A DNA stretch of 59,573 bases from a virus (lineage: Duplodnaviria > Caudoviricetes): positions 1-59,573 of the IMG/VR virus record IMGVR_UViG_3300030090_001446; one strand, given 5' to 3'. Shown one piece after another: positions 14,349 to 24,225 of the stretch (positions within the stretch are counted from its first letter, which is position 1; each line of letters opens with the position of its first letter). The notes beneath the pieces are model-generated. The model was not told where the DNA came from. It saw only the letters and a list, made by a program, of their open reading frames with translations, and made no database searches. The position numbers and the translations under genes were made by a program.

Positions 14349-15983
14349 ATGTCTGGTAAATGGCTAGAACGAGGAGAGTGTCCTGAATGTGGATCGAGTG
14401 ATGCTAATGTAAGTCACTCTGATGGTTATTCACATTGTTTTTCTTGCAATACACACTTTAATGAAAAGGATGAACAAGTGGTAGTTCCTATGCAAAATAA
14501 GAGAGATGGTTTTTCTGTAGGAGAATTAAAAGGAATTGATGACAGAAAGATTAGTGCAACTACATGTAAAAAATATAATACATTTGTTAAAACATCAGGA
14601 GCAACTGTTACGCATCATATCTATCAGTATTATAATGATAAAGGAGAATTTACTGGTAATAAAGTTAAGCAAGTTGAAGGTAAAAAGTTTTGGTCTGAAG
14701 GTGACATTCAAAGTGCAGGATTGTTTGGACAAAATATATTTACACCTAGAGGAAAGTATGTAACTGTTTGTGAAGGTGAGTTAGATGCTATGTCCGCTTA
14801 TGAATTACTAGGTTCTAAGTGGCCTTCAGTATCTGTAAAGTCTGGAGCGCAAGCTGCTCTACGTGATTGTAAAAAAGCTTTTGAATATCTTAATAGTTTT
14901 GATAATGTAGTTCTATGTTTTGATTCTGATAAACCTGGACGCGAAGCAGCAGAGAAGGTAGCTCAATTGTTTGAGCCTAACAAATGTCGTATCATTCATC
15001 TTGAATATAAAGATGCTAATGAATATCTCAAGATGAATAAACGCAAGAAGTTTACAGAAGAATGGTGGAATGCTAAACCATTTACACCAGCAGGTATTAT
15101 TAATCTAGATTCTTTACAAGATTCTCTGTATGATGAAGCTCATTTTGAGACTTGTCTTTATCCTTGGTCAGGTCTTAATGAAAAGACTTACGGAATGCGG
15201 ACAGGAGAGTTAGTAACATTTACTAGCGGTGCTGGCATGGGTAAGTCTTCTATTATCAGAGAACTTATGTATCACTTGTTAAAGAATACAGAGGATAACA
15301 TTGGTGTACTGGCTATGGAAGAAAGCATTCGTACAACAGCTTTCAATATCATGTCAGTAGAAGCTAATGCTAGATTATACATTAAAGAAATACGAGATCA
15401 GTTTGATAAGAAAGACTTAGTTAAGTTTCAGAAAAATACTATTGGAACAGGAAGGTTCTTTGCTTTTGATCACTTTGGTTCGATAGGTAATGATGAAATC
15501 TTAAATCGTGTTAGGTTTATGGCAAAGGCATTAGAGTGTCGATGGATTGTGCTTGATCACTTGTCTATCCTGGTATCAGGTCAGGAAGAATTTGGTGATG
15601 AGCGTAAGTCTATTGATGTTCTCATGACTAAGCTTCGTAGTCTGGTAGAAGAAACAGGCTGTGGATTATTATTGGTATCCCATTTACGTAGACCATCAGG
15701 TGATGTTGGTCATGAGAATGGAAAAGAAATTACCTTGTCACACCTGAGAGGAAGTGCTAGTATTGCTCATCTAAGTGATAGTGTTATTGGTTTGGAAAGG
15801 AACCAGCAAGCAACAGATGAAGTTGAATCTAATACGACTGTTATTCGTATATTAAAGAACAGATATACAGGTGATACTGGTATTGCTAGTTATTTATTTT
15901 ACGACAGAGAAACAGGAAGGCTTAATCAGATCGATAATCCTTTTGATGCTGATACAGAAACAGATGAGGAGATTCCTTTTTAA
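14349..15983 (+). CDS. T7 gp4-like primase-helicase
   Basis: Zn finger CPECGSSD...CFSC, Toprim EGELDA and FDSD, Walker A GAGMGKS, LDHL, LKNR. Confidence 0.95.
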   Translation: MSGKWLERGECPECGSSDANVSHSDGYSHCFSCNTHFNEKDEQVVVPMQNKRDGFSVGELKGIDDRKISATTCKKYNTFVKTSGATVTHHIYQYYNDKGEFTGNKVKQVEGKKFWSEGDIQSAGLFGQNIFTPRGKYVTVCEGELDAMSAYELLGSKWPSVSVKSGAQAALRDCKKAFEYLNSFDNVVLCFDSDKPGREAAEKVAQLFEPNKCRIIHLEYKDANEYLKMNKRKKFTEEWWNAKPFTPAGIINLDSLQDSLYDEAHFETCLYPWSGLNEKTYGMRTGELVTFTSGAGMGKSSIIRELMYHLLKNTEDNIGVLAMEESIRTTAFNIMSVEANARLYIKEIRDQFDKKDLVKFQKNTIGTGRFFAFDHFGSIGNDEILNRVRFMAKALECRWIVLDHLSILVSGQEEFGDERKSIDVLMTKLRSLVEETGCGLLLVSHLRRPSGDVGHENGKEITLSHLRGSASIAHLSDSVIGLERNQQATDEVESNTTVIRILKNRYTGDTGIASYLFYDRETGRLNQIDNPFDADTETDEEIPF

Positions 15984-17617
15984 TGTCTGATTGTATAGTA
16001 GATATCGAAACAGATGGATTAGATGCTACTAAGCTACACTGCATAGTAGCTAAAGATACAGAGACTAAAGAAGTCTTTACTTGGCAAGAAGAGGAGTGTA
16101 AAAAGTTTCCTCTTTGGGCTAAGAAATATAATAAACTTATCATGCATAATGGAATTAACTTTGATGGTTTCTGGTTAAACAAATTATTAAATATGAATAT
16201 ACAGCTTAATCAAATTGAAGATACTCTTATTATGTCACAACTGTATAATCCTATACGGCCTGAAGGACATTCATTAAAAGCATGGGGTGATAAACTACAA
16301 ATGCCTAAAGGTGATGTTGAAAGCTTTGAATATTATTCACCTGAAATGCTTGAGTATTGTAAACAAGATACTAATATTACTTATAAATTGTATGATGTAT
16401 TAAAAGAAGAAGGTAAAAGATTTTCTAATAAATCTAAACAACTAGAATATAAAGTACGTGCTATCATTGATCAGCAAGAACGTAACGGCTTTGCTTTTAA
16501 TATAAGAAAAGGTCAGACGCTTTTAGCTACACTTGAAGATGAAGCAAATGAATTAATTGATACTGCACAAGAAATGGTTCCACCTACTAAGGTAGAATTA
16601 AAAACAAAAACTAAATACATTCCTTTTAATATTGGTTCTCGCCAACAGATTGCTACTGTTCTACAAGATAGAGGATGGGAACCAGAACTATATACAGAGA
16701 AAGGAAACATAATAGTTAATGATGAAGTTTTATCTAAGATTGACATGGACGAGGCTAGAATGTTCAGTCGCTATCTTTTATTACAGAAGCGTATAGCCCA
16801 GATTCGATCTTGGATAGAGAAGTGTGGGGATGAAGGCAGAGTTCATGGAAAAGTAATGACACTCAAAACAATCACAGGGAGAATGGCACATAACAATCCT
16901 AATATGGCGCAAGTGCCAGCTTCGTACTCTCCCTATGGTACTGAGTGTCGTGAGCTTTGGACCGTTAGTAATCCCCACACTCATAAGTTAGTAGGCACAG
17001 ATGCTTCAGGTCTTGAACTACGTGTCTTAGCTTCTTATATGAAAGATCAAGCTTTCATTGATGAAGTTGTTAATGGTGATGTTCATACAGCAAACATGAA
17101 GATGGCTGGCTTAGAGGAAAGATCACAAGCCAAGACATTTATTTATGCTTTGATGTATGGTGCAGGTCCAGCAAAGATTGGGTCTGTTGTTGGCGGGTCT
17201 GCTAAAGAAGGACAAGAACTTACTGATCGTTTTCTAAAGAACATGCCTAAACTACGTAACCTTCGTAATCAAGTTACAGAAGCTGCTGAATCAGGTTTAA
17301 TTAAAGGACTTGATGGTAGACTATTACACATACGAAACTCATTCTCTGCTTTGAATACTCTTATTCAAGGTGCAGGTGCAGTAGTATGTAAACAATGGCT
17401 TGTACACATGATGGCTGAAGTGTATGCTTCAGGGCTTGATGTTAAATTAGTAGGGAGTATTCATGATGAATATCAGTTTGAAGTAGTTAATCAAGATGTT
17501 AAAAGATTTACAGAAATTACTAAATATGCAATGACTAAAACAGCAAAAACTTTAAACCTACATTGTCCTTTGGATAGTGAACATAAGGTAGGAACCACAT
17601 GGCTACAAACACACTAA
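15983..17617 (+). CDS. polA: DNA polymerase family A with 3'-5' exonuclease
   Basis: Exo DIETDG, HNGINFD, YCKQD; motif A DASGLELR, B AKTFIYALMYG, C HDE. Confidence 0.95.
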   Translation: MSDCIVDIETDGLDATKLHCIVAKDTETKEVFTWQEEECKKFPLWAKKYNKLIMHNGINFDGFWLNKLLNMNIQLNQIEDTLIMSQLYNPIRPEGHSLKAWGDKLQMPKGDVESFEYYSPEMLEYCKQDTNITYKLYDVLKEEGKRFSNKSKQLEYKVRAIIDQQERNGFAFNIRKGQTLLATLEDEANELIDTAQEMVPPTKVELKTKTKYIPFNIGSRQQIATVLQDRGWEPELYTEKGNIIVNDEVLSKIDMDEARMFSRYLLLQKRIAQIRSWIEKCGDEGRVHGKVMTLKTITGRMAHNNPNMAQVPASYSPYGTECRELWTVSNPHTHKLVGTDASGLELRVLASYMKDQAFIDEVVNGDVHTANMKMAGLEERSQAKTFIYALMYGAGPAKIGSVVGGSAKEGQELTDRFLKNMPKLRNLRNQVTEAAESGLIKGLDGRLLHIRNSFSALNTLIQGAGAVVCKQWLVHMMAEVYASGLDVKLVGSIHDEYQFEVVNQDVKRFTEITKYAMTKTAKTLNLHCPLDSEHKVGTTWLQTH

Positions 17618-18108
17618 GAAAAAGCGAGAGTTTTAAAATAGGAGAAAAAGCCGAAAGTATTTTTGAAAAGGTAGCAAAGAAAAAACAGTTTAAAGTATAT
17701 AAAGCAAACAAACATCAAAATATAAACCAACATATTGATTTTTTTATTAGCTGTTATCATTTTAATTTTAGTGTAGATGTGAAAGCTAGAAAGAAAATTA
17801 GCAGAGGAGATTCAGAAGTTAATGATGCGTGGACTTGGATTGAGTTTAAAAATGTAAGAGGTAAACCTGGATGGTTATATGGTAAAGCAGATTACATAGC
17901 CTTTGAAAGAGAGTTTGATTTTTTATTAGTCAATAGGTACAAACTGATAGAGTTCTGTGAAGATAAGATTGACTTAGAAAATATTGTACCTTCTACTCAT
18001 CTAGCTGAGTATGCAGCGTATCAACGTAAAGGAAGAAAGGATTTAATTTCAAGAGTTTGTATGGATGATATAAATAAATTAGAAGGAAATATCATATTAG
18101 AAAAATAA
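17599..18108 (+). CDS. PD-(D/E)XK nuclease-like protein
   Basis: GEKAE...HIDF...VDVKARK. Confidence 0.6.
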   Translation: MATNTLRKSESFKIGEKAESIFEKVAKKKQFKVYKANKHQNINQHIDFFISCYHFNFSVDVKARKKISRGDSEVNDAWTWIEFKNVRGKPGWLYGKADYIAFEREFDFLLVNRYKLIEFCEDKIDLENIVPSTHLAEYAAYQRKGRKDLISRVCMDDINKLEGNIILEK

Positions 18109-18111
18109 CTG

Positions 18112-18152
18112 TTGACACCTAATACTATTTCATGTATAATTCGTTTTGAAAC
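18112..18152 (+). promoter_or_regulatory. sigma70 promoter for ssb, followed by TCGTTTTGAAAC
   Basis: Perfect TTGACA-17 bp-TATAAT. Confidence 0.85.
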
Positions 18153-18191
18153 CATGCAGAGATATCTGCTAACATATAAGGAGAAAATACT

Positions 18192-18671
18192 ATGGGTGTA
18201 ATTAATGGCACGGCTTATTGGGCTTCGATCACCACACCAAACACCACCTTTAATGAAGATGGTGAATGGAAGATTGATGTAGGTAATCTTTCGGAGTCCA
18301 CTATTGCAAACTTAGTTGCCGATGGTCTTGAGGATCGTATTAAAAACAAGGATGACGAGCGAGGTGACTTCATTACCTTGAAACGTCAGGTTAAAAATCG
18401 TCGTACAGGACAGGCTAATTCTGCTCCTGATGTATTGGATGCACAAAAGCGCCCAATACTTAATACCCTGGTAGGTAATGGGTCTGTTGTAAATGTTCTG
18501 TATCGTCCATATGATTGGACATATCAGAAGCGTAAGGGACGTTCTGCTTCCCTTGAGGCAGTTCAAGTTGTTGATCTTGTTCCTTATGGTGGTGCTGCAT
18601 CAGATGCGTTTGATGTAGTTGATGATGGCTTCTCCTCGATGGATGAGGAAATGATTCCTCTTTCATCCTAA
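18192..18671 (+). CDS. T7 gp2.5-like single-stranded DNA-binding protein
   Basis: VGNGSVVNV, LEAVQVVDLVPY, acidic tail; replication context. Confidence 0.8.
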   Translation: MGVINGTAYWASITTPNTTFNEDGEWKIDVGNLSESTIANLVADGLEDRIKNKDDERGDFITLKRQVKNRRTGQANSAPDVLDAQKRPILNTLVGNGSVVNVLYRPYDWTYQKRKGRSASLEAVQVVDLVPYGGAASDAFDVVDDGFSSMDEEMIPLSS

Positions 18672-18679
18672 CTAGGGAA

Positions 18680-18719
18680 GGGGGAACTCTGGGTAACTAG
18701 GGTTCCCCCTATTTTTTTT
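18680..18719 (+). terminator. Intrinsic terminator
   Basis: GGGGGAACTCT...AGGGTTCCCCC followed by T8. Confidence 0.75.
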
Positions 18720-19589
18720 ATGAAATCAATAGACACATTAGTGAATGATATTTACTCTTTGTTTGAATCTTCTGTTCCTGATATGGAAGATAATGAAGTA
18801 GATATTATTATTGATAAGTTTGGAGATGCTTTAAAAGTTCATCTTAAAAAGTTTATCTATGAAGAAGAACGTAGGAGAGACTCTCTTAGACTATCTGCTA
18901 TAGGTAAACCTGAACGTCAACAATGGTATTCTGCTTCACCTCATTCTAATGTTAAGGAAACACTACAGCTTCAAGGAAAAGATAAGATTAAATTTTTATA
19001 TGGTTATATTTTAGAAGAGCTGCTACTTACTTTATCTTCCTTAGCAGGACATAAAGTTTCTGATGAGCAGAAGGAAGTTCAGATAGAAGGAATTAAAGGA
19101 CATCAGGATGCTATTATTGATGATGTTCTTGTTGATTGTAAATCAGCATCAGGTAAAGGATTTGATAAGTTTAAAAATAATTATGTATCTGTTGATGATC
19201 CTTTTGGTTATATCGCACAGATATCTTCTTATGCAGAAGCTAATGGTTTAGATCAAGCTGCTTTCTTGGCTATCAATAAACAAACAGGAGAGATATGTTT
19301 ATCTAAAGTTCACTCAATGGAAATGATTAATGCTAAAGAACGTGTTAAATATATTAAAGATGTGGTTAATCAATCTACTCCACCAGCTAAGTGCTATCCT
19401 GATGTTCCTGATGGTAAGTCTGGGAACCGCAAGCTGGATATTGGTTGCATATACTGTGATTATAAGCGTGATTGTTGGAAGGATGCTAATAATGGTCAAG
19501 GATTACGTGTGTTTGATTATGCAACAAACCCTCGCTATCTTACGCAAGTTTCTAAGATGCCTAACGTAGAAGAAATTCTGGATTGGTGA
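18720..19589 (+). CDS. PD-(D/E)XK exonuclease (Cas4/RecB-like)
   Basis: RLSAIGK, GHQD...VDCKS, QISSY, CIYC...C. Confidence 0.8.
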   Translation: MKSIDTLVNDIYSLFESSVPDMEDNEVDIIIDKFGDALKVHLKKFIYEEERRRDSLRLSAIGKPERQQWYSASPHSNVKETLQLQGKDKIKFLYGYILEELLLTLSSLAGHKVSDEQKEVQIEGIKGHQDAIIDDVLVDCKSASGKGFDKFKNNYVSVDDPFGYIAQISSYAEANGLDQAAFLAINKQTGEICLSKVHSMEMINAKERVKYIKDVVNQSTPPAKCYPDVPDGKSGNRKLDIGCIYCDYKRDCWKDANNGQGLRVFDYATNPRYLTQVSKMPNVEEILDW

Positions 19590-19987
19590 TGCATTGGAAA
19601 TTTGTAGGTAAACCTGACATTGAAAATAAGTTTGGATTTGTTTACATCATTACAAATAAAAAAACAGGCAAAGCTTATATAGGATGTAAACAATATTGGC
19701 ATTATAAGAAAGGAAAAAAAGACAAACAATCCAATTGGAAAGTTTATAAAGGTTCTTCTAAATCATTAACAGAAGATATAAAAAAATTAGGTAAAAGAAA
19801 TTTTAAATTTGAAATGCTGGCTGAGTATAAAAATAAAAGAAGCTTGAGATATTATGAATGTTATTATCAAATGAAATATAATGTATTAGCTTCTGTATTA
19901 GAAGGAACCGATGAGCCAGCATTTTATAACAATTATGTAGGAGGTAAATGGTATAGACCAGTAGAAAGTTATGAACCAGAATTATAG
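19583..19987 (+). CDS. GIY-YIG family endonuclease
   Basis: FGFVYIITN...YIGCK...YKGSS...FYN. Confidence 0.8.
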   Translation: MVMHWKFVGKPDIENKFGFVYIITNKKTGKAYIGCKQYWHYKKGKKDKQSNWKVYKGSSKSLTEDIKKLGKRNFKFEMLAEYKNKRSLRYYECYYQMKYNVLASVLEGTDEPAFYNNYVGGKWYRPVESYEPEL

Positions 19988-20348
19988 AAACATTATTAAT
20001 AATTTAACATCTATAACTAATGAATCTATCTTCACTGATACTCAAAATAGTGAGTATCATTCTTTATTTATGGGTGTTATTCTTAGAGCTTTGTTGGATG
20101 TTACTAAACCAGTAACTCTGCATGAACATACTCATATTAAAATTGATAGAAATGCTGCGCGATCCTGGTTCTTTACTTGCTCTGGAGTAACATGTGAAAA
20201 CTTTGAATATATTTGTGATGTTGCTGGTATCAACCCAATAGCTATGAGAGCTATTGCTTATAAAATATTACAACGCGAGGATATTGATGACGTTAGAAAA
20301 CAACTCAACTCTTTTTTCAACCAGTCCTCCATCTACTATGAAGGATGA
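19971..20348 (+). CDS. Conserved phage hypothetical protein
   Basis: VILRALLD...ARSWF...FEYICDVAGINP. Confidence 0.7.
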   Translation: MNQNYRNIINNLTSITNESIFTDTQNSEYHSLFMGVILRALLDVTKPVTLHEHTHIKIDRNAARSWFFTCSGVTCENFEYICDVAGINPIAMRAIAYKILQREDIDDVRKQLNSFFNQSSIYYEG

Positions 20349-20553
20349 TGTAGTTAATAGTCCAAAGCATTATCGAATGCAGGGTGTTGAAGCAATAGAT
20401 ATTATGGAAATGTCTATGACTGAGGAAGAATTTCAAGGATATCTAAAAGGTAATATACTAAAATATTTAATTCGATATAAACATAAAAGCAAACCGAAAG
20501 AAGATTTGCAAAAAGCACAATGGTACATTGAGAAACTTATTAATAAAATATAG
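20338..20553 (+). CDS. DUF3310 (SaV / T7 gp1.7-like) protein
   Basis: VNSPKHY, GNILKYLIRY..K...EDLQKAQWY. Confidence 0.85.
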   Translation: MKDDVVNSPKHYRMQGVEAIDIMEMSMTEEEFQGYLKGNILKYLIRYKHKSKPKEDLQKAQWYIEKLINKI

Positions 20554-20566
20554 AGGAGAATACACT

Positions 20567-22489
20567 ATGGAGCAGATAACTTTACCTACAAATTACCAAT
20601 CGTTTATTCATATGTCACGCTATTCTAGATGGCTTGAAGATGAACAGCGTAGAGAAACCTGGGAAGAAACTATTGATAGGTATCTTTATTTTATGGTAGA
20701 ACATCTGCAAGAAAATTATTCCTATTCTCTTTTTGGTGTAGAGTTAGCTGATTTACGGAGAGGAATGTTAAACCTAGAAATACTTGGATCAATGAGAGCA
20801 TTAATGACTGCTGGTCCTGCATTAAAACGAGAGAACATTGCAGGATATAATTGTTCTTATCTTCCTATAGATTCTCCTCGATCTTTTGATGAATGTCTTT
20901 ATATTCTTATGAATGGTACAGGCGTAGGCTTCTCAGTTGAACGTCAGTACATTACTAAACTACCTACAATTCTTGATCAACCTTTTGAACAAACAGATGA
21001 TGTTGTTTCAGTGGCAGATTCTAAAGAAGGATGGGCTAGAGGATTACGCGATCTGATATCATTGTTGTATACAAATCGAATACCTAAGATTGATACTAGT
21101 AAAGTACGTCTTGCTGGAGAACGATTAAAAATATTTGGAGGTCGTGCTTCTGGTCCTAAACCTTTAGAAGAATTGTTTGATTTTACTATTCAAACTTTTA
21201 AGAAAGCTCAAGGGCGTAAGCTTACATCTATTGAATGTCATGATATCATGTGTAAGATTGGTCAGGTTGTTGTAGTAGGTGGAGTCAGAAGGTCTGCTTT
21301 GATATCTTTATCTAATCTAACAGATGAACGAATGCGTATGGCGAAGAGTGGCGAATGGTGGGTAGATAATCAACAACGTGCCTTGGCTAATAATTCTGTT
21401 TGTTATACAGAGAAGCCTGACATGGGTATCTTTATGAAAGAATGGTTATCTCTATATGAAAGTAAGAGTGGAGAGCGAGGTATTTTTAATCGAGTATCTG
21501 CTCAAGATAAAGCAGGGTCTAATGGTAGACGAGATGGCAGCGTTGATTTTGGAACTAATCCTTGTTGCGAAATCATTCTTAGACCGTATCAATTTTGTAA
21601 TCTGTCTGAAGTTATATGTAGAGCAGATGATACGATTGATACTTTAAAAAATAAAATTAAGTTAGCAACAATTCTTGGAACTTTTCAAGCTACTCTTACT
21701 AACTTTGGTTACATTCGTAAGCGTTGGAAAACTACTACAGAAGATGAACGTCTATTAGGTGTATCACTGACAGGTATCATGGACTGTCCCGCTGTTTACA
21801 ATGCAACACCAGAGGCACTACAACAGTTGAGAGATGTAGCTGTTAAGACTAACAAGAAACTGGCAGAGAAGATAGGTATTAAACAAAGTGCTGCTGTTAC
21901 TTGTGTTAAACCTTCTGGTACTGTGTCTCAGCTTGTTGATGCTGCTTCTGGTATACATGCTAGGCATAATCCATTCTTTATTAGAACGGTTAGAGGAGAT
22001 AATAAAGACCCATTGACAATGTTTATGAGAGACAAAGGCATTCCTTCTGAACCAGACTTTACAGCACCTGATAGTGTAACTGTCTTTTCTTTTCCAATGA
22101 AGAGTCCAACCAATGCAATATGTCGTAATGACATGTCAGCAATTGAACAGCTTGAATTATGGTTAAAGATTGCTGATAATTATTGTGAACATAAACCATC
22201 TGTTACGATATCAGTGAAAGAACATGAGTGGTTACAAGTAGGCTCTTGGTGTTGGGATCATTTTAATTCTCTGTCTGGAATATCATTCTTACCTTTTTCT
22301 GATCATTCTTATCAGCAAGCTCCCTACCAAGATATTGATGAACAAAACTATAAATTATTTTTAAAAGACATGCCACCTTCTATAGATTGGACTGAATTAC
22401 AGGAGTATGAAAAAGGAGATACTACTACTGGATCACAAGAACTTTCTTGTTCAGGTGGTATGTGTGAGGTAGTAGATATTGGAGGGTAA
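20567..22489 (+). CDS. nrdJ: Class II (B12-dependent) ribonucleotide reductase
   Basis: NCS, GGVRRSA, TNPCCEI, TCVKPSGT, C-terminal CSGGMC; no beta subunit gene; AGGAG before ATG 20567. Confidence 0.9.
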   Translation: MEQITLPTNYQSFIHMSRYSRWLEDEQRRETWEETIDRYLYFMVEHLQENYSYSLFGVELADLRRGMLNLEILGSMRALMTAGPALKRENIAGYNCSYLPIDSPRSFDECLYILMNGTGVGFSVERQYITKLPTILDQPFEQTDDVVSVADSKEGWARGLRDLISLLYTNRIPKIDTSKVRLAGERLKIFGGRASGPKPLEELFDFTIQTFKKAQGRKLTSIECHDIMCKIGQVVVVGGVRRSALISLSNLTDERMRMAKSGEWWVDNQQRALANNSVCYTEKPDMGIFMKEWLSLYESKSGERGIFNRVSAQDKAGSNGRRDGSVDFGTNPCCEIILRPYQFCNLSEVICRADDTIDTLKNKIKLATILGTFQATLTNFGYIRKRWKTTTEDERLLGVSLTGIMDCPAVYNATPEALQQLRDVAVKTNKKLAEKIGIKQSAAVTCVKPSGTVSQLVDAASGIHARHNPFFIRTVRGDNKDPLTMFMRDKGIPSEPDFTAPDSVTVFSFPMKSPTNAICRNDMSAIEQLELWLKIADNYCEHKPSVTISVKEHEWLQVGSWCWDHFNSLSGISFLPFSDHSYQQAPYQDIDEQNYKLFLKDMPPSIDWTELQEYEKGDTTTGSQELSCSGGMCEVVDIGG

Positions 22490-22718
22490 AAGTATGTATA
22501 TGATAGTTATTCTAATGTTTCTTTTGGACCCCACTGCGGACGATGCTTTGGAGGTAGAGTTTAAGGATGGCAAAGTTCTGGAGTTTAAAAAGATAGAGCA
22601 ATGTTATGAACACATATATAGTAATTTTGCAGAACTTAGAGCATTTGCTTATTCTCAGTTTGGTCCTGCAACCCCTATTAAAAGTATCAATTGTTTCAAA
22701 AAAAATGTCGGAGCATAA
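22479..22718 (+). CDS. Hypothetical protein with hydrophobic N-terminus
   Basis: Overlap-coupled ORF. Confidence 0.6.
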   Translation: MEGKSMYMIVILMFLLDPTADDALEVEFKDGKVLEFKKIEQCYEHIYSNFAELRAFAYSQFGPATPIKSINCFKKNVGA

Positions 22719-22719
22719 G

Positions 22720-22899
22720 ATGTATTGGGTGTTGATTAATGATCTTAAAACATATCGAGAAGTTGTACCTAAAAAAGATGAACATATATTGGAAGCTATT
22801 GATTTATTGTTACGTTATTTACATGGTGATGTGGATGAACCTGTAGAAGAATTTCCTGATTCAGGTTTTACCGATGACTTTGGAGTTCATATGGAATAA
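22720..22899 (+). CDS. Small acidic hypothetical protein
   Basis: GGAG RBS before ATG 22720. Confidence 0.55.
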   Translation: MYWVLINDLKTYREVVPKKDEHILEAIDLLLRYLHGDVDEPVEEFPDSGFTDDFGVHME

Positions 22900-22905
22900 T
22901 ATAAA

Positions 22906-23595
22906 ATGAAAGTAACTTTAATAGATCATATGGGTTCAGACCTGACAGTCGTGAATGCAGCCAGAGTTTCTTTTAATAAAGAATCTGATTGGGAAGATGG
23001 TCCAATAAAAAATTTATTGCCTAAAAAAGATCAACAACTTATATCTTATTTAGCAAAGCATAATCATTGGACTCCCTTTGCTCATTGCTTTGTTCAGTTT
23101 CGTATGGAAGCTCCTTTGTTTGTTGCCAGACAATTAGGTAAACATCAAATAGGTTTAGTATGGAATGAAGTTAGTCGTAGATATGTAGACTATGAACCAA
23201 AATTTTATTACCCTAATAACTGGAGAGAAAAACCTTACGATAAAAAACAAGGCAGTTCAAAAAATATTATTGATGATCAATTTCGTACTATCAGAGATAG
23301 TTATCAAGATGCTATACAACAATGTGAAAAAACATATCAACAACTTTTAAAAGAAAACATAGCGCCTGAGATGGCACGTATGGTTTTACCACAAAGTATG
23401 TATACTGAATGGTATTGGTCAGGAAGTATCGTAGCATTTGCTAGAGTTTGTACTTTAAGATTGAAAGAGGATGCACAAGAAGAAACAAATTTCATAGCTC
23501 AAGAGATTGATAAAAAATGTAGCAAATTATTTCCTGTTTCATGGAAATACTTGGTTCAGGTAAAAAAAATACCTCCTGAGAAGACCGCTGAGTAG
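22906..23595 (+). CDS. thyX: Flavin-dependent thymidylate synthase
   Basis: VNAARVS, HWTPF, RQLGKH...NEVSRRY, ARMVLP, AQEE. Confidence 0.95.
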   Translation: MKVTLIDHMGSDLTVVNAARVSFNKESDWEDGPIKNLLPKKDQQLISYLAKHNHWTPFAHCFVQFRMEAPLFVARQLGKHQIGLVWNEVSRRYVDYEPKFYYPNNWREKPYDKKQGSSKNIIDDQFRTIRDSYQDAIQQCEKTYQQLLKENIAPEMARMVLPQSMYTEWYWSGSIVAFARVCTLRLKEDAQEETNFIAQEIDKKCSKLFPVSWKYLVQVKKIPPEKTAE

Positions 23596-23690
23596 GGTTA
23601 AAGACATGCTTGGCTACCTACCCACCAGAAATATACTAAAGCTTCTGAGCGAGCTTCCTAGATAGGATAGCGTTGATTTAAAGATTTTCA

Positions 23691-23719
23691 TTGACATTTG
23701 GTGTAGAATATGTTATAAT
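23691..23719 (+). promoter_or_regulatory. sigma70 promoter for the hsp20 operon
   Basis: Perfect TTGACA-17 bp-TATAAT with TGn extension. Confidence 0.85.
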
Positions 23720-23729
23720 TCTTCTAAGG

Positions 23730-23785
23730 TAGAGAATGCAAAACTGGTTCTCTATCTTTCTTGCTAACGAAAGGAGAACATTATG
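23730..23785 (+). ncRNA. ROSE-like RNA thermometer in the hsp20 5' UTR
   Basis: Two hairpins; UUCUUGCU pairs with SD AGGAGAA leaving a bulged G (UUGCU motif). Confidence 0.65.
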
Positions 23786-24223
23786 AATAAGATACTTCCA
23801 AATTATCCTTCCCATGTGTGGAATAGTTTTTTTGAACAGTCAATTGGTTTTGATAAGCTACTACGAAACATCGAACATAGTCATTCTGCTATTGTAAACA
23901 ATCACGGGTATCCTCCTTATAATATTATTAAGAATGGAGACGCATCTTATAAAATTTTATTGGCCTTGGCAGGGTTTAAAGCAGACGATATCCATGTTAG
24001 TTTAAGTGATAATATTCTAACCATTAAAGGTGCAGATGATTCTCAAGATGTAGAAAATTATATAGTAAAAGGAATTGCTTCCCGTAAATTTGAAAAAACA
24101 TTTTCTCTAAATGAATATGCTGTAGTTGAAAACGTCTCACTTAAAAATGGTATCTTAGATATTACAATTAATATTGTTTTACCTGAAGAAAAACAACCAC
24201 AGATATTTAAAGTAGAGGAATAA
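23783..24223 (+). CDS. hsp20: Small heat shock protein, IbpA-like
   Basis: IGFD, YPPYNI, ALAGF, GIASRKF, NGIL. Confidence 0.95.
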   Translation: MNKILPNYPSHVWNSFFEQSIGFDKLLRNIEHSHSAIVNNHGYPPYNIIKNGDASYKILLALAGFKADDIHVSLSDNILTIKGADDSQDVENYIVKGIASRKFEKTFSLNEYAVVENVSLKNGILDITINIVLPEEKQPQIFKVEE

Positions 24224-24225
24224 TT

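Noticed and set aside
18720-19589. Cas4 as part of a CRISPR system
   Set aside because: Sits in the replication module with no cas1/cas2 or array; ordinary phage exonuclease
19583-19987. Intron- or intein-associated homing element
   Set aside because: Free-standing; polA, nrdJ and terL appear uninterrupted
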